64,000 nucleotides of DNA from a virus. The stretch lies in IMG/VR virus record IMGVR_UViG_3300009124_000002, positions 55,004 to 119,003 of that record; one strand, written 5' to 3'. Below are positions 45,967 through 55,323 of the stretch, in pieces (within the stretch, counting starts at the first letter, position 1; each line of letters opens with the position of its first letter). Position numbers and translations under genes: made by a program. The notes beneath the pieces are model-generated. The model was not told the origin of the DNA and made no database searches. It saw only the letters and a program-made list of their open reading frames with translations.

Positions 45967-45994
45967 CGATTCGTGCTGTTTGGGGGTTCTTGAG

Positions 45995-46390
45995 TTAATT
46001 TCTCCACCTCTCACCGAAACCTAAAGGTCCAAGGTCTGGTGATGATCCTTTGGGTTCATCTAAAGAAGATTTGATATCATTGGTGTCAGCTGAATATAGG
46101 GAAGCAAAAGCAGTGAGTGTAAGTATGTAAACTCTTTTAAGGTTAGTTGTAGCAGTTGATCTGCTGACGATATTTCTCTCATGGAAGATAAAAGTAGTAT
46201 CTATGTTCTCTGGAACGTATGGCACTAGTCTCATCTTAAAGTCTCTCTCTAAGAATTCCAATACGCCATACACTTCAATGTAACCATTGCTGTAGTTGTA
46301 ATCAATCTCTTCACCGATCACCCTTGATCCATCCACTAGCGTGTAGACACAAATGTCAACACTGTTTATAAAATCTTCATCATACATCAC
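45995..46390 (-). CDS. Hypothetical protein (Sm-like fold), typical between uvsW and gp55
   Basis: YTLVDGSRVIGE pattern; synteny. Confidence 0.55.
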   Translation of the reverse strand: MMYDEDFINSVDICVYTLVDGSRVIGEEIDYNYSNGYIEVYGVLEFLERDFKMRLVPYVPENIDTTFIFHERNIVSRSTATTNLKRVYILTLTAFASLYSADTNDIKSSLDEPKGSSPDLGPLGFGERWRN

Positions 46391-47841
46391 TTTACCTCCA
46401 CTTCAAAGATTGAAAAATCAAAGTTTTGTTTTTCGTAGATCTTAACTCTTTCTACGGCATGATTCATAGTGTAGTTCTTTCTCGATTTCCAGCTTAGGTT
46501 GTCACTGATATCATAAACCTTAGTTGGTTTATCGTGGTTTCCTTTTCGGAGTCCACGACCAATTGACTGTAGCACACGTATCTGAGATTTTGTTGGTGCA
46601 GCGAACACAATGTTATTTAGGTTCCGTATATTGATGCCAGTAGAGAATGTCCCCATTGATGCAACAATGATGGCATTGGTTTCTTGCTCAGTGATTTCGC
46701 GAATGCGTTCTCTCTGGTCTACTGATACTGCACCCGATACAAAGAACACTTTACGTTCTCCTGCTCTTGCCTGAAGTTGGTCAAACAAAGGTTTACCATG
46801 TTTGGCAACAAGGTTGTAAAGCACCAGTGAGTTGCCAGTCTGATCAAGTGTTAGATTGCAGATGAAGCGATTCCTTGCTTCATTGGTTACCAGAAACTCG
46901 ATCTCCTCCTGATACTTCTTCTTACCAAATGCCTTTCTTACTTCATCTGAGTACTTGAGGACAAGGCAGGATACCTTGAGTTGTGCCAGTGTGTCATTTT
47001 CAATTAACTCCTTTGTAGAAGTGACATGATAAGGATCGCCAAAGTGACCAGTCAGGACAAGTTCATGCACCTTGGTTCCATCTAGTGTTCCTGTTGTCCC
47101 AATACGATAAGAAGCATTCTCCAGCATACCCATAATCTTGTTCAATGACTTTGCCTTGAAGGTATGCGCTTCGTCACCAATGACTCCACCAAACTGTCTA
47201 AACCAATCTGGTGGGCATAGGATTGCTGATTGCCATGTAGTGATAACAACTCTCTGCTCAAACATGATTTTGTCTTTGCCTGAGTAGATACGATGAACAT
47301 TCTCTGGGACGGGAAATCCATTCACCTTTGAGTAATCTTGAAAGTCCTTATACATCTGTTCAACCAGTGATGTAGTTGGAACCACGATAAGAAACTTGTC
47401 TTCCTCTGTAGCAAGGAAGTAACGCATCAGCAGATAGATGATTAGAGACTTACCAGAACCTGTTGGTGAAACAAGGATTGCCCTACGCTTTACCACTCCA
47501 TGATTCCAAGCCTGAATCTGATAGTCTCTTGGTTGAAATGGCAATTGCGTTTCTAGATGCGGAGTATCTGGTTCTGGCGGGAAGATGTTCTCATTAACCT
47601 TGAGTTTGTATCCCTGAGTCTCAGAGAAACGAATAAGGTCATTCACCAGACCATAGGGGAGGATACCATTGACTCGATTGAAGATTCGTATCTTGCCATC
47701 CCAGATCTTGTTTCGAAACGAAGGAACAAATTTGTATCCCGGTGCATAGAAAGTGTAGTGGTCAGCAATCTCCATAAGAACCCCTTGGTCATCGCATTCA
47801 AGCATGACAAAGGCTTCGTTTCTCTTATGGACTTCAATCAT
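46387..47841 (-). CDS. uvsW: SF2 DNA helicase
   Basis: PRDYQ, SPTGSGKS, VPTTSLVEQ, GDEAH, GTTGT, QSIGRGLR. Confidence 0.95.
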   Translation of the reverse strand: MIEVHKRNEAFVMLECDDQGVLMEIADHYTFYAPGYKFVPSFRNKIWDGKIRIFNRVNGILPYGLVNDLIRFSETQGYKLKVNENIFPPEPDTPHLETQLPFQPRDYQIQAWNHGVVKRRAILVSPTGSGKSLIIYLLMRYFLATEEDKFLIVVPTTSLVEQMYKDFQDYSKVNGFPVPENVHRIYSGKDKIMFEQRVVITTWQSAILCPPDWFRQFGGVIGDEAHTFKAKSLNKIMGMLENASYRIGTTGTLDGTKVHELVLTGHFGDPYHVTSTKELIENDTLAQLKVSCLVLKYSDEVRKAFGKKKYQEEIEFLVTNEARNRFICNLTLDQTGNSLVLYNLVAKHGKPLFDQLQARAGERKVFFVSGAVSVDQRERIREITEQETNAIIVASMGTFSTGINIRNLNNIVFAAPTKSQIRVLQSIGRGLRKGNHDKPTKVYDISDNLSWKSRKNYTMNHAVERVKIYEKQNFDFSIFEVEVK

Positions 47842-47855
47842 TATAAATATCTAGC

Positions 47856-47996
47856 GTGAAGAAAACTGTAAGACTACGAGAGATTTACGAAGAAGCCTAC
47901 AGAAGAAACAAAGCGAATCCCGCACTTGATATCCATGAAATGGTTCTTGAAATCATCAAAAGATGGAAATCAGAAGGTTACATCATCATTAGTTAG
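47856..47996 (+). CDS. Small plus-strand late ORF (46 aa)
   Basis: TATAAATA at 47842-47849 on the plus strand, GTG 6 nt later: MKKTVRLREIYEEAYRRNKANPALDIHEMVLEIIKRWKSEGYIIIS*; fills the uvsY-uvsW gap exactly. Confidence 0.55.
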   Translation: MKKTVRLREIYEEAYRRNKANPALDIHEMVLEIIKRWKSEGYIIIS

Positions 47997-48439
47997 GCAC
48001 CAGCAGTAAACTTCTTCCAATCGATTATATTTCGGATATTCTGGTGACGCCACTTGATGTTGTCCATGATATCAATCAGAGTATCGATGATGACTTTTTG
48101 ATACTCAATCTGAGATTCAATCTTAGTGAGTTCGGGGTCAGTCTTATAGTAATGATCCATGTTGGTCTTGAGTGGTTTGGTCATACCATCAAAGGGATCA
48201 TACTTCCATCCTCTTTCCTCAATGTCAGTCTTGGTCATCTTCCCTTCAAAGTAAAGCCACTTGTCCTTCTTTGAGGAATCGAATTCCATCTGCTTCTTTT
48301 TCAAATTCAATTTTGCAGTGCTGAGAAGAGAGAGATACTTCGCATGAAGTTTTGCGGACTTGATGGACGTTTCGTCTAGGTTGATATTGTCAATCTGGGA
48401 GTCCTTCTCCCACATGCCCAGAATTTCGTCTAATGTCAT
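47993..48439 (-). CDS. uvsY: Recombination mediator
   Basis: W.KDSQID...LDE.S......LHAKYL, WLYF.GK, I.WR.QNIRN.IDW.KF. Confidence 0.9.
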   Translation of the reverse strand: MTLDEILGMWEKDSQIDNINLDETSIKSAKLHAKYLSLLSTAKLNLKKKQMEFDSSKKDKWLYFEGKMTKTDIEERGWKYDPFDGMTKPLKTNMDHYYKTDPELTKIESQIEYQKVIIDTLIDIMDNIKWRHQNIRNIIDWKKFTAGA

Positions 48440-48442
48440 ATT

Positions 48443-49132
48443 TTATATATGCCTGCAATTCTCAAAGTGGTAGCGTTTCATGTTCGAAATGCTACCTTCT
48501 TTTCCACAATGCGGGCAAGTGGTTTTTGGCTTGGGTTTACCCTTACGTGCTTCACTCATTTTCCTCTTGGTTTCTTCAGAGAACTTTTTGCCATAATTTG
48601 GGCTCTTTTCACCCATATATTTGCCCTTACGTGCTTCACTCTGTTTCCTCTTGGATTCTTCAGTGCGTTTTTTGCCCTTCTTGGCATCACTCTGTTTCCT
48701 CTTGGTTTCTTCAGAATGTGTTTTACCATAATTTGGGTTCTTTTCAACACTCTTGGCTTCCCTCATTTTCCTCTTGGTTTCTTCAGAATGCTTTTTGCCC
48801 TTACGTGCTTCACTCTGTTTCCTCTTGGTTTCTTCAGAGAACTTTTTACCCTCATTTGTATTACCACCTTGTCCTTCTTCCGGTGTCATATTTGCAAAAT
48901 CTTTAGATTCTACAATATTCCATTTATAAGAGTAATCCAAGGCGACCTTCTTGAATTCTTCCTTATCTTCAGTTTGGAAAAGAACCTCTGTGGTCACATC
49001 ATTCCCGTGTTTCTTTAAGTGACGACTCCAATGTTTACCAGAGCCTCTATAAGCATATGGATCTTCTGACTCTGTTTTACCAAGGTATTTGAGACCCGTG
49101 AGATTGTGGGTCTTGAGGTATAAATAAATCAT
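48443..49132 (-). mobile_element. Free-standing GIY-YIG-like homing endonuclease with NUMOD3 repeats
   Basis: IYLYLKTH..TGLKYLGKT, YRGSG..W; tandem HSEETKRKxSEAxKG; C-terminal CPHC...RYHFENC. Confidence 0.85.
48535..48852 (-). repeat. NUMOD3 tandem coding repeats
   Basis: Five S/T-EE-T/S-KRK units, e.g. GCCCTTACGTGCTTCACTCTGTTTCCTCTTGG repeated. Confidence 0.9.
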
Positions 49133-49214
49133 GCTGCATACCTTTCTTTAAATGCTGTAAGTGTAGAGTCCTTGGGGATTGGTACTCCCGCGAAGGACTT
49201 CAATTCTATTTATA
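49133..49214 (-). promoter_or_regulatory. Late promoter and structured leader of the homing endonuclease
   Basis: TATAAATA 49214-49207; stem AGTCCTT/AAGGACT (49167-49199) with inner GGGA/TCCC; AAGG-type SD. Confidence 0.65.
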
Positions 49215-49227
49215 CAAATCAATTCTT

Positions 49228-49698
49228 TCAGATTATGGAAAACCGGTCATAGCGAAAGGTAACGTCTGCTTGAAGATACTCAACATCTTGGGTTTGAGTA
49301 GAGAACTCAACACCACTCAGTGTTGTAGGGAATGCATTCAGAAACTGAAACTGCTTGTTTATATTGTTGTGGCTGGTAAGGACCGTAAGAATCATATCAG
49401 AAACAGTGATGCTTTTCTTAGTGACGTTATTTTGAATCCAATTGTAGATCTCACTGTAGTTCTTCATGCTCTCATCAATCATGAAGCGACAACTCATGGT
49501 GCCATACTCTACTCTTTCACCGGGAATATATCCAATGTTGCCTCTGTAGGAAGTAGCAACTTCACCAAGCGAGAGATCTGGAATAGTGAAACTGGTCAGG
49601 AAGTATTCAACATTCGCATACTTAGTGAAATCAATCCCCAACTTGAATCCAGTTGGTGAAAGCAAATTGAAGTTATCTGTGAGTGTGCTATCTGCCAT
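49228..49698 (-). CDS. gp3: Tail tube terminator / completion protein
   Basis: NLLSPTGFK, VEYF...FTIP, FMIDE.M.NY.EIYNW, FPTTLSG..F; follows gp23. Confidence 0.85.
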   Translation of the reverse strand: MADSTLTDNFNLLSPTGFKLGIDFTKYANVEYFLTSFTIPDLSLGEVATSYRGNIGYIPGERVEYGTMSCRFMIDESMKNYSEIYNWIQNNVTKKSITVSDMILTVLTSHNNINKQFQFLNAFPTTLSGVEFSTQTQDVEYLQADVTFRYDRFSII

Positions 49699-49711
49699 AT
49701 GAAGTATTTAT

Positions 49712-49742
49712 AAAAAAAGGGAGTCCCCTTTCGAGGACTCCC
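49712..49742 (-). terminator. Rho-independent terminator after gp23
   Basis: GGGAGTCC-TCGAAAGG-GGACTCCC-T7, abutting the gp3 TATAAATA (49705-49712). Confidence 0.85.
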
Positions 49743-49771
49743 ATGAGTTTACTTACTTACCTATCCTAAGA

Positions 49772-51034
49772 TTAGGAAGGATCAGAGATGTTGATGTTCT
49801 CAACAACGAATCGACGGTAGTAAGGATTGTCATCACCAGCAGAAGCACCAGTACCAACAGTTCCAGCAACAAGAGGATTATGGGCAGTGCCATAGCGGGT
49901 CTTGAAGGCAATACGAGGCTGGAAGTTTTCTTCACCAACGCCTTTGACCATTGTCAAAGGAACGTAAGGAGCATAGAAGAAACCAGCATCGTAAGGATTG
50001 CTACCACGATAACCAACATTGACAACACCAGCAGAGGCGTAAGGGTCAACGTAGATCTTCATGTTACCAATGGAACCAACGAGTGTGTTCTGACCGTAGT
50101 CGGAAGTAACATTGGAACCAACACCAGTGCTGTCGAGCTTACCAGTAGCGGCAAGAGCGGAAGCAACATCAGCGTGAACGATGGCGAGGTTACCCTTACC
50201 ACGGCGTGTCTGACTGAAGATTGTGTTGGCTTCAAGGTCCAACTGGAACAACAGGGCTTGGAACTTCTCAATAGCCCAACGACCATCAGCATCGATAGCA
50301 AGGTCGAAGATACCAGCAGTGGAGAGACCAGTCTGCTGGGCACCGGGCTTGGCAGCATAGTCGAGTTCACCAATAATTTCTCTGTTGATTTCAGCAAGAA
50401 TCTCCTGAGAGAGAATATTGGCGAGTTCGCTTTCGGCATCAAGACCATGAACAGCCTTGAGATCCTGAGCGAGTTCCATTGTGTATTCAGCCTTCAGGGC
50501 GCGAGTCTTAGCAGTAACTGTGCATTTCTCGATTGTGAAACCCATGTTAGCAAGGATATCACCTTCAGCATTAGCTGTATCAAGACCTTTACCAGTGTCG
50601 CCATCACCAGAGAAGTAACGGTCAGCAGAATCGAAGAGAGCTTCAGTGTCAGCAGTGGTAACAGTGTTAGTGCTAGACGAGTCATCCTCATTGTAGCGAG
50701 CCTTCATTGCAAAGATGAGACCTGTAGGACCAGTCATGGGCTGGACACCACAGACATCATAAGCAATCAAAGAAGGCATGGCGCGACGAACGAGGCTAAT
50801 GAGAACGGGGTCACCGTTTGCAGCAGAAGCAGCAACCGAGCCACCACCGGCAGCAGCAGCAGCATCTTCAGTGATGAAGTTAGAAAGCGCAGCAGCCTGC
50901 TTGCGGGATTCAACTTCGGTGTTTTCGAGAAGCTGTGCAGTAACAGCCTTACGATGTGCATCCTTGATAGCAGGAGCTTCGGGATGCTCAAGGATGGACT
51001 TCCATTTTTCGATATTTGCTTGTGAATTAAACAT
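49772..51034 (-). CDS. gp23: Major capsid protein
   Basis: PVLISLVRRAMP.LIAYD.CGVQPMTGPTGLIFAM, TRALKAEYT.ELAQDLKAVHGLDAE, FQPRI.FKTRYG. Confidence 0.97.
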   Translation of the reverse strand: MFNSQANIEKWKSILEHPEAPAIKDAHRKAVTAQLLENTEVESRKQAAALSNFITEDAAAAAGGGSVAASAANGDPVLISLVRRAMPSLIAYDVCGVQPMTGPTGLIFAMKARYNEDDSSSTNTVTTADTEALFDSADRYFSGDGDTGKGLDTANAEGDILANMGFTIEKCTVTAKTRALKAEYTMELAQDLKAVHGLDAESELANILSQEILAEINREIIGELDYAAKPGAQQTGLSTAGIFDLAIDADGRWAIEKFQALLFQLDLEANTIFSQTRRGKGNLAIVHADVASALAATGKLDSTGVGSNVTSDYGQNTLVGSIGNMKIYVDPYASAGVVNVGYRGSNPYDAGFFYAPYVPLTMVKGVGEENFQPRIAFKTRYGTAHNPLVAGTVGTGASAGDDNPYYRRFVVENINISDPS

Positions 51035-51076
51035 TTTTTTGGATTCTTTCTAGTAGTTTACGGTTTGGGTTTTTAA

Positions 51077-52108
51077 TTATTTGAACAAACGACTCAGTGA
51101 ATCATGATACTGTTTCATCTCGGGAGAAAGCCCATCAGTGATGTCTTTCTTTTCTTCACCTTCAATGATTTGCTTAGTCTCAATGATCTCATCGTTACCT
51201 TCATTCAATTCTTTTTCTTCAGGCTTGTTTGAGAAATAGGATTCCTTGATTGTCTTGACCTTCTTGGTGAAGGTATCGACATCAACAAACTCTACATCTT
51301 CAACAAGGGAAGCAAGCTTGACACTCTGTGTAGTTGCAAGATTTTCGGACGCTTCAGAGAGAATCTTCTCGCGAGAGAGTTTCTCAACTTGTTCCTTGAG
51401 TTCGGCAACAGCACTAGTGCTTTCTTGCAGTTGACTTTCGAGTTCAAGAGCCTTGGCTTCAACCTCCTCATAGAGATCGACTTTGGACTCAGGCACTTCG
51501 ATGTAGTTTTCTGTAAAGACAGTCTTCAGAGCAGTCATGAAGTCTTCAGTCAATTCGGAACGAAGACCAGCATCAATAGCAACTTCATTCTCCTTGACCC
51601 ATTCAGTGACAACGTAGTCAAGATAGGAGTTAACCTTCTCGGCAAGATCAGCGCGAATGGATTCAGTTTCTTCAGTCAGCTTCACTTCATACTCAGACTC
51701 CAACTTCTCAGTGGCTTCACGAAGTTTGGAAGTGAAGGCAGCTTCAAAGATGACGGAGGCTTTATCCTTGAAGTCCTCAGTGAGACCTTCAGTGGAGTTA
51801 ACAAGAACATCAAGGTCTTCCTTATAAGAAGCCTTCAGTTCTTCTTCCTCTTCTTCCTCTTCTTCCTCGTCGCCATGCTCCATTTCTTTCACAGACTTCT
51901 TGGCTTCAGAGACTTCTTCTTCCTCTTCTTCCTCACCAGCTTCGCCGTCGCCTTCTTCCTCATCTTCATGAGCAACTTCGACCTTGGCTGTCTTTTCTTC
52001 TACATCTTTCTTGGCTTCTTCGATAGACGCAGTTTCTTCAGTTGTTTCCTCAACAAGTTCTGCATCATTCTGAAGCTCTTCCTCAACAGGGTTTTGTTTT
52101 TCTTCCAT
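51077..52108 (-). CDS. gp22: Prohead core scaffold protein
   Basis: L.EDFK.KA..IFEAA, YLDYVV.EW..EN, F.ENYIEVPE, IKESYF. Confidence 0.92.
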   Translation of the reverse strand: MEEKQNPVEEELQNDAELVEETTEETASIEEAKKDVEEKTAKVEVAHEDEEEGDGEAGEEEEEEEVSEAKKSVKEMEHGDEEEEEEEEEELKASYKEDLDVLVNSTEGLTEDFKDKASVIFEAAFTSKLREATEKLESEYEVKLTEETESIRADLAEKVNSYLDYVVTEWVKENEVAIDAGLRSELTEDFMTALKTVFTENYIEVPESKVDLYEEVEAKALELESQLQESTSAVAELKEQVEKLSREKILSEASENLATTQSVKLASLVEDVEFVDVDTFTKKVKTIKESYFSNKPEEKELNEGNDEIIETKQIIEGEEKKDITDGLSPEMKQYHDSLSRLFK

Positions 52109-52128
52109 GTTAGTATACTTCTTTCTGA

Positions 52129-52776
52129 TTAGAGTTTTGAGAGGAAATCTTCGAAGACGTTTTTTTGCGCTTCAGCAAGCTGTGCCGAAGAAGCCTTCTT
52201 GATCTCAGTCTCGTATTCTTCAATTTGTCGAGCAGTCAGTTTTCCGTTGTCCCAAACCCAGTCCACGCCTTCCATGATGCCATTTACAAAGGCACCGGGA
52301 GCGGAGGGGTCTTGAACGATGTCAACTGTAGAAAGCACGAAGTCGTTATTAACGCGACTCACACCATCTTTCATCTCGACTGTTCCCATACCACGACTAG
52401 AGACACCCAACTTCACTCCACCTTCAACGAGTCCTTTCACAATTTTACCCATCGGTGTATCGAGTATGAGTGCCTTTCCAACAACATCATCACCGTTCCA
52501 TTTCAGTTCAGTGATGCGATGTGAAACTTTATCAAGGTTAATCGTAGGTCCATCTGGGTGATTCAACTCACCAACAGCACGACCTGTTTTCACCTGTTCA
52601 GAGATATACTTGTTGACTGCGCCCTCAAGTATGTTCTTTTCGTAAATTCTATTGTTGCGATTCTTCTTGTTCGCTTGCATGAACACACCCTCAATGAAGA
52701 CATTCTTTGCTCCATTCTTACCTTCAATGATGGTGTATCCAAGGTCTTGTTCGATGTGTTCTGAAATTAGTTTCAT
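52129..52776 (-). CDS. gp21: Prohead protease
   Basis: IEGVFMQA..KNRN.RIY, GELNHP, LGVSSRGMG, DIVQDPSAP.AFV. Confidence 0.95.
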   Translation of the reverse strand: MKLISEHIEQDLGYTIIEGKNGAKNVFIEGVFMQANKKNRNNRIYEKNILEGAVNKYISEQVKTGRAVGELNHPDGPTINLDKVSHRITELKWNGDDVVGKALILDTPMGKIVKGLVEGGVKLGVSSRGMGTVEMKDGVSRVNNDFVLSTVDIVQDPSAPGAFVNGIMEGVDWVWDNGKLTARQIEEYETEIKKASSAQLAEAQKNVFEDFLSKL

Positions 52777-52802
52777 AGGTGTTACTTTTCTTAACACAGG
52801 TG

Positions 52803-53159
52803 TTACTCATCAAAGTCTGTTTGAAGTGCTACAAATTGTTCTTCCGAGGTTTTAGTCTTGCCCTTATCTTGACCAGTTCCCTTGATCTTGACCTTATTAC
52901 CAACATATCCAATTACGATACCTTCGAAGTGGACCTCTGGACCAAAGCTATCACCATCATGGATATAAACCTTGTCACCATTTTTAAACTCTCTTTTTGC
53001 TTCAGTGACAGATTCATTGAACCTCTTTTGGGCAACTGCTACTTTACGAGCATCAAGTGCATTCGAAACCTTGTCTGCAATAATTGCGTCGAACTGCTCT
53101 TTGGCTTTTGTTTGATTGCCACTTGTAATGCTCTGTAGTAAATCTTTGATTTCGCTCAT
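52803..53159 (-). CDS. gp67-like prohead core protein with appended KOW/SH3-like domain
   Basis: Position between gp20 and gp21; F..II.DK...ALDARK..VA...F, then ESVTEA and FKNGDKV. Confidence 0.65.
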   Translation of the reverse strand: MSEIKDLLQSITSGNQTKAKEQFDAIIADKVSNALDARKVAVAQKRFNESVTEAKREFKNGDKVYIHDGDSFGPEVHFEGIVIGYVGNKVKIKGTGQDKGKTKTSEEQFVALQTDFDE

Positions 53160-53193
53160 ATCTTCTATTTATAATATTTGATTCTTCCAATTG

Positions 53194-54693
53194 TTAAAAT
53201 TCGCCCTCTTCAGGCTCTTCAATCTCACCGGATTTCTTCTCGTCTTCGATTTCCTTCTTCAGTTTCTCGATGGTTTCATCGTCCTGACGAAGAATATTGC
53301 GACGAATCCAGTCATTAGAGTAGTAGGTGCCGACATACTCACCAAGCTGGGCAAGCATCTCTATACGTTCACGAAGAATTTCCATTTCCTTGAGTTCAGA
53401 AAAATAGTTATCCTCCAGAAAGTCGAGTGTGATATCTTCACGAATCGATTCCCAATCTTTCTCAGTCACCACACCCTTGAGAAGCAACTGCACCTTCAGG
53501 GTATCCAGAATAAGATGAGAGAACTTCTTACGAAGCTTATCAATGAACTTCTGAAAGCGAACTTCTTCACGGTTGATTTCCGTGGCACGACCAACAGTAA
53601 ATGCTGCATCAGTTTCCAGACGACCAATCGGAACATTCAGTGCCTTGTAAAGCTTTCTCTGGAAAAAGATGACATCATCAATCTGACCAAGATTCTCACC
53701 ACCGGGAAGAGTGGTGATCTCAGTGCCTCTTCCACCTTCTTTACGTGGTAGCCAGAAGTCTTCAAGCATTGCCATTGACTTACGGTCATCACGAATCTGT
53801 CCAGTATCGACATCATAGACCAACTTATTACGATACTTGGACATGATGCTCTGGACGTATTGTTCTGCTTTACCTTTCGCAAGGTTGCCGACATCAACAT
53901 AGAAGATACGCCTTTCAGGAGCACGGGAAATACGATAAATTACCAAGGCATCTTCCAGCATTCTCAACTGATTGATGATCTTGATTGCCTTGTGGCAGTA
54001 GGAAATTGTTTTCTCTCCGGTCTCATCTACGAGACCAGATGGGCAGTAGATGACTGCGTTCTTGTCTACCTTGATTCCGCTTGTTGCGTTTCCTGATTCA
54101 TAGTCACCATACACAAAGTATTCAGCAGTGACTTCTTCAGTCTGCACACCAGTAGTCTTATCTTGCTTTGTGGTAATCTCTTTGACCTTACGAATTGCAG
54201 TAGGGTCAACCTTACGCATTTCCTGAATACCAAGTTTTGGATTCTTTGGGTCAACCATCAGGTGATAATAGAGTCTCCCGTCCACATACCATGAGCGAAA
54301 GATATCTGCTGCCATCTGATTGAAACTCAAAAGCTTCAGGACATGATTGAACTGGTCAATGATTTCTTCCTTTACCTCATCAGGTTGGTCAAGGTCTTCA
54401 AGAATGATTGAGAGAGGGGAACTGTTCTCACCACTGGCAATTGCTTGGTCAACAATATCAGAAATTGCTTGGTCTACTTCTGGTTGGGAGGCGCACCAAC
54501 GATAGCGGCGAATTAAGTCATTTTCATTGGTAACCTGAGTACCACCAAGGTCAATATATTGACCGTAATATCCACCAGCAGCAGATGTTATGATTGCGTC
54601 GTCATTCTGGTCTGGAACCAATGCAGGCAGTTCCTTTTTTTCTTGACGAGACGCTTTGATCTTCTTAGTTATTTCAAATCCAAACAGTTCCAT
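53194..54693 (-). CDS. gp20: Portal vertex protein
   Basis: LFGFEI, FRSWYVDGR, LEDALVIYRISRAPERRIFY.DVGNL, EDFWLPR..GGRGTEI.TLPGG. Confidence 0.97.
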   Translation of the reverse strand: MELFGFEITKKIKASRQEKKELPALVPDQNDDAIITSAAGGYYGQYIDLGGTQVTNENDLIRRYRWCASQPEVDQAISDIVDQAIASGENSSPLSIILEDLDQPDEVKEEIIDQFNHVLKLLSFNQMAADIFRSWYVDGRLYYHLMVDPKNPKLGIQEMRKVDPTAIRKVKEITTKQDKTTGVQTEEVTAEYFVYGDYESGNATSGIKVDKNAVIYCPSGLVDETGEKTISYCHKAIKIINQLRMLEDALVIYRISRAPERRIFYVDVGNLAKGKAEQYVQSIMSKYRNKLVYDVDTGQIRDDRKSMAMLEDFWLPRKEGGRGTEITTLPGGENLGQIDDVIFFQRKLYKALNVPIGRLETDAAFTVGRATEINREEVRFQKFIDKLRKKFSHLILDTLKVQLLLKGVVTEKDWESIREDITLDFLEDNYFSELKEMEILRERIEMLAQLGEYVGTYYSNDWIRRNILRQDDETIEKLKKEIEDEKKSGEIEEPEEGEF

Positions 54694-54712
54694 ATTCTAT
54701 ATTTATATGGTC

Positions 54713-54744
54713 TGGAGTGGGTGACCCGAAGACCACCCACTCCA
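54713..54744 (-). terminator. Hairpin terminator after gp19, adjacent to the gp20 late promoter
   Basis: TGGAGTGGGTG...CACCCACTCCA inverted repeat; TATAAATA at 54700-54707. Confidence 0.65.
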
Positions 54745-54765
54745 TGTAACCATTACTTTATTTGT

Positions 54766-55290
54766 TTAGGAAGTAACACCAGCCGCTTCCCAGTATTGAT
54801 ACTGAAGTTCAACAGTATATTCCTCGATAGTATCATTCGTCTCGTAATTCAATTCAATCTGAGAGATATTCGTAGGAAACACACCACGGAACTCAATCTG
54901 CTTAATAACAGCATCGTCCTTATCAAGCTGTTGGACAGTCATGTCAGTCTGATATTCGGTAGGGTTGGCAATGCCAACATTCGCAACATGCTCATTGATG
55001 CTGTTCATCCAGCGTTCAAAGGCATTACGTGTTACGAAACCGGTATCATTGATAACAGTGATTGTCCAAGGCTCAAAGGTTCTGTCACCAGCAATCTTGA
55101 GCTTGCGTCCACGGTATGGAACTTCAATCGGAGCCATGACACTGGCAGGGAGAGCAGCACCCTTGATCAAGAATGATGCAAGTTCAGCATCACCCTGTGC
55201 AGTTGCCGGGAAGTTACAAATCACCTTGAAGAGATTTGGTCTTGCTCCACCACCAGCCAGTTTTGCTTTGAAATCATCGATATTAGCCAT
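54766..55290 (-). CDS. gp19: Tail tube protein
   Basis: GGGARPNLF, RGRKLKIAGDRTFEPW, FERW.N.I, FPT.IS.I.L. Confidence 0.95.
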   Translation of the reverse strand: MANIDDFKAKLAGGGARPNLFKVICNFPATAQGDAELASFLIKGAALPASVMAPIEVPYRGRKLKIAGDRTFEPWTITVINDTGFVTRNAFERWMNSINEHVANVGIANPTEYQTDMTVQQLDKDDAVIKQIEFRGVFPTNISQIELNYETNDTIEEYTVELQYQYWEAAGVTS

Positions 55291-55323
55291 AATAGTATTC
55301 TTTCTCTTTAACTATTTAGTCGA

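Noticed and set aside
48535-48852. Regularly spaced ~30-50-bp repeats resembling a CRISPR array
   Set aside because: They are in-frame NUMOD3 coding repeats without unique spacers, and no cas genes are present.
49880-52132. Long plus-strand ORFs (381 aa, 247 aa; likewise 39246-40049, 15797-16498 and 9890-10504)
   Set aside because: They are antisense shadows of well-identified minus-strand genes with biased codon usage and show no motifs or promoters.
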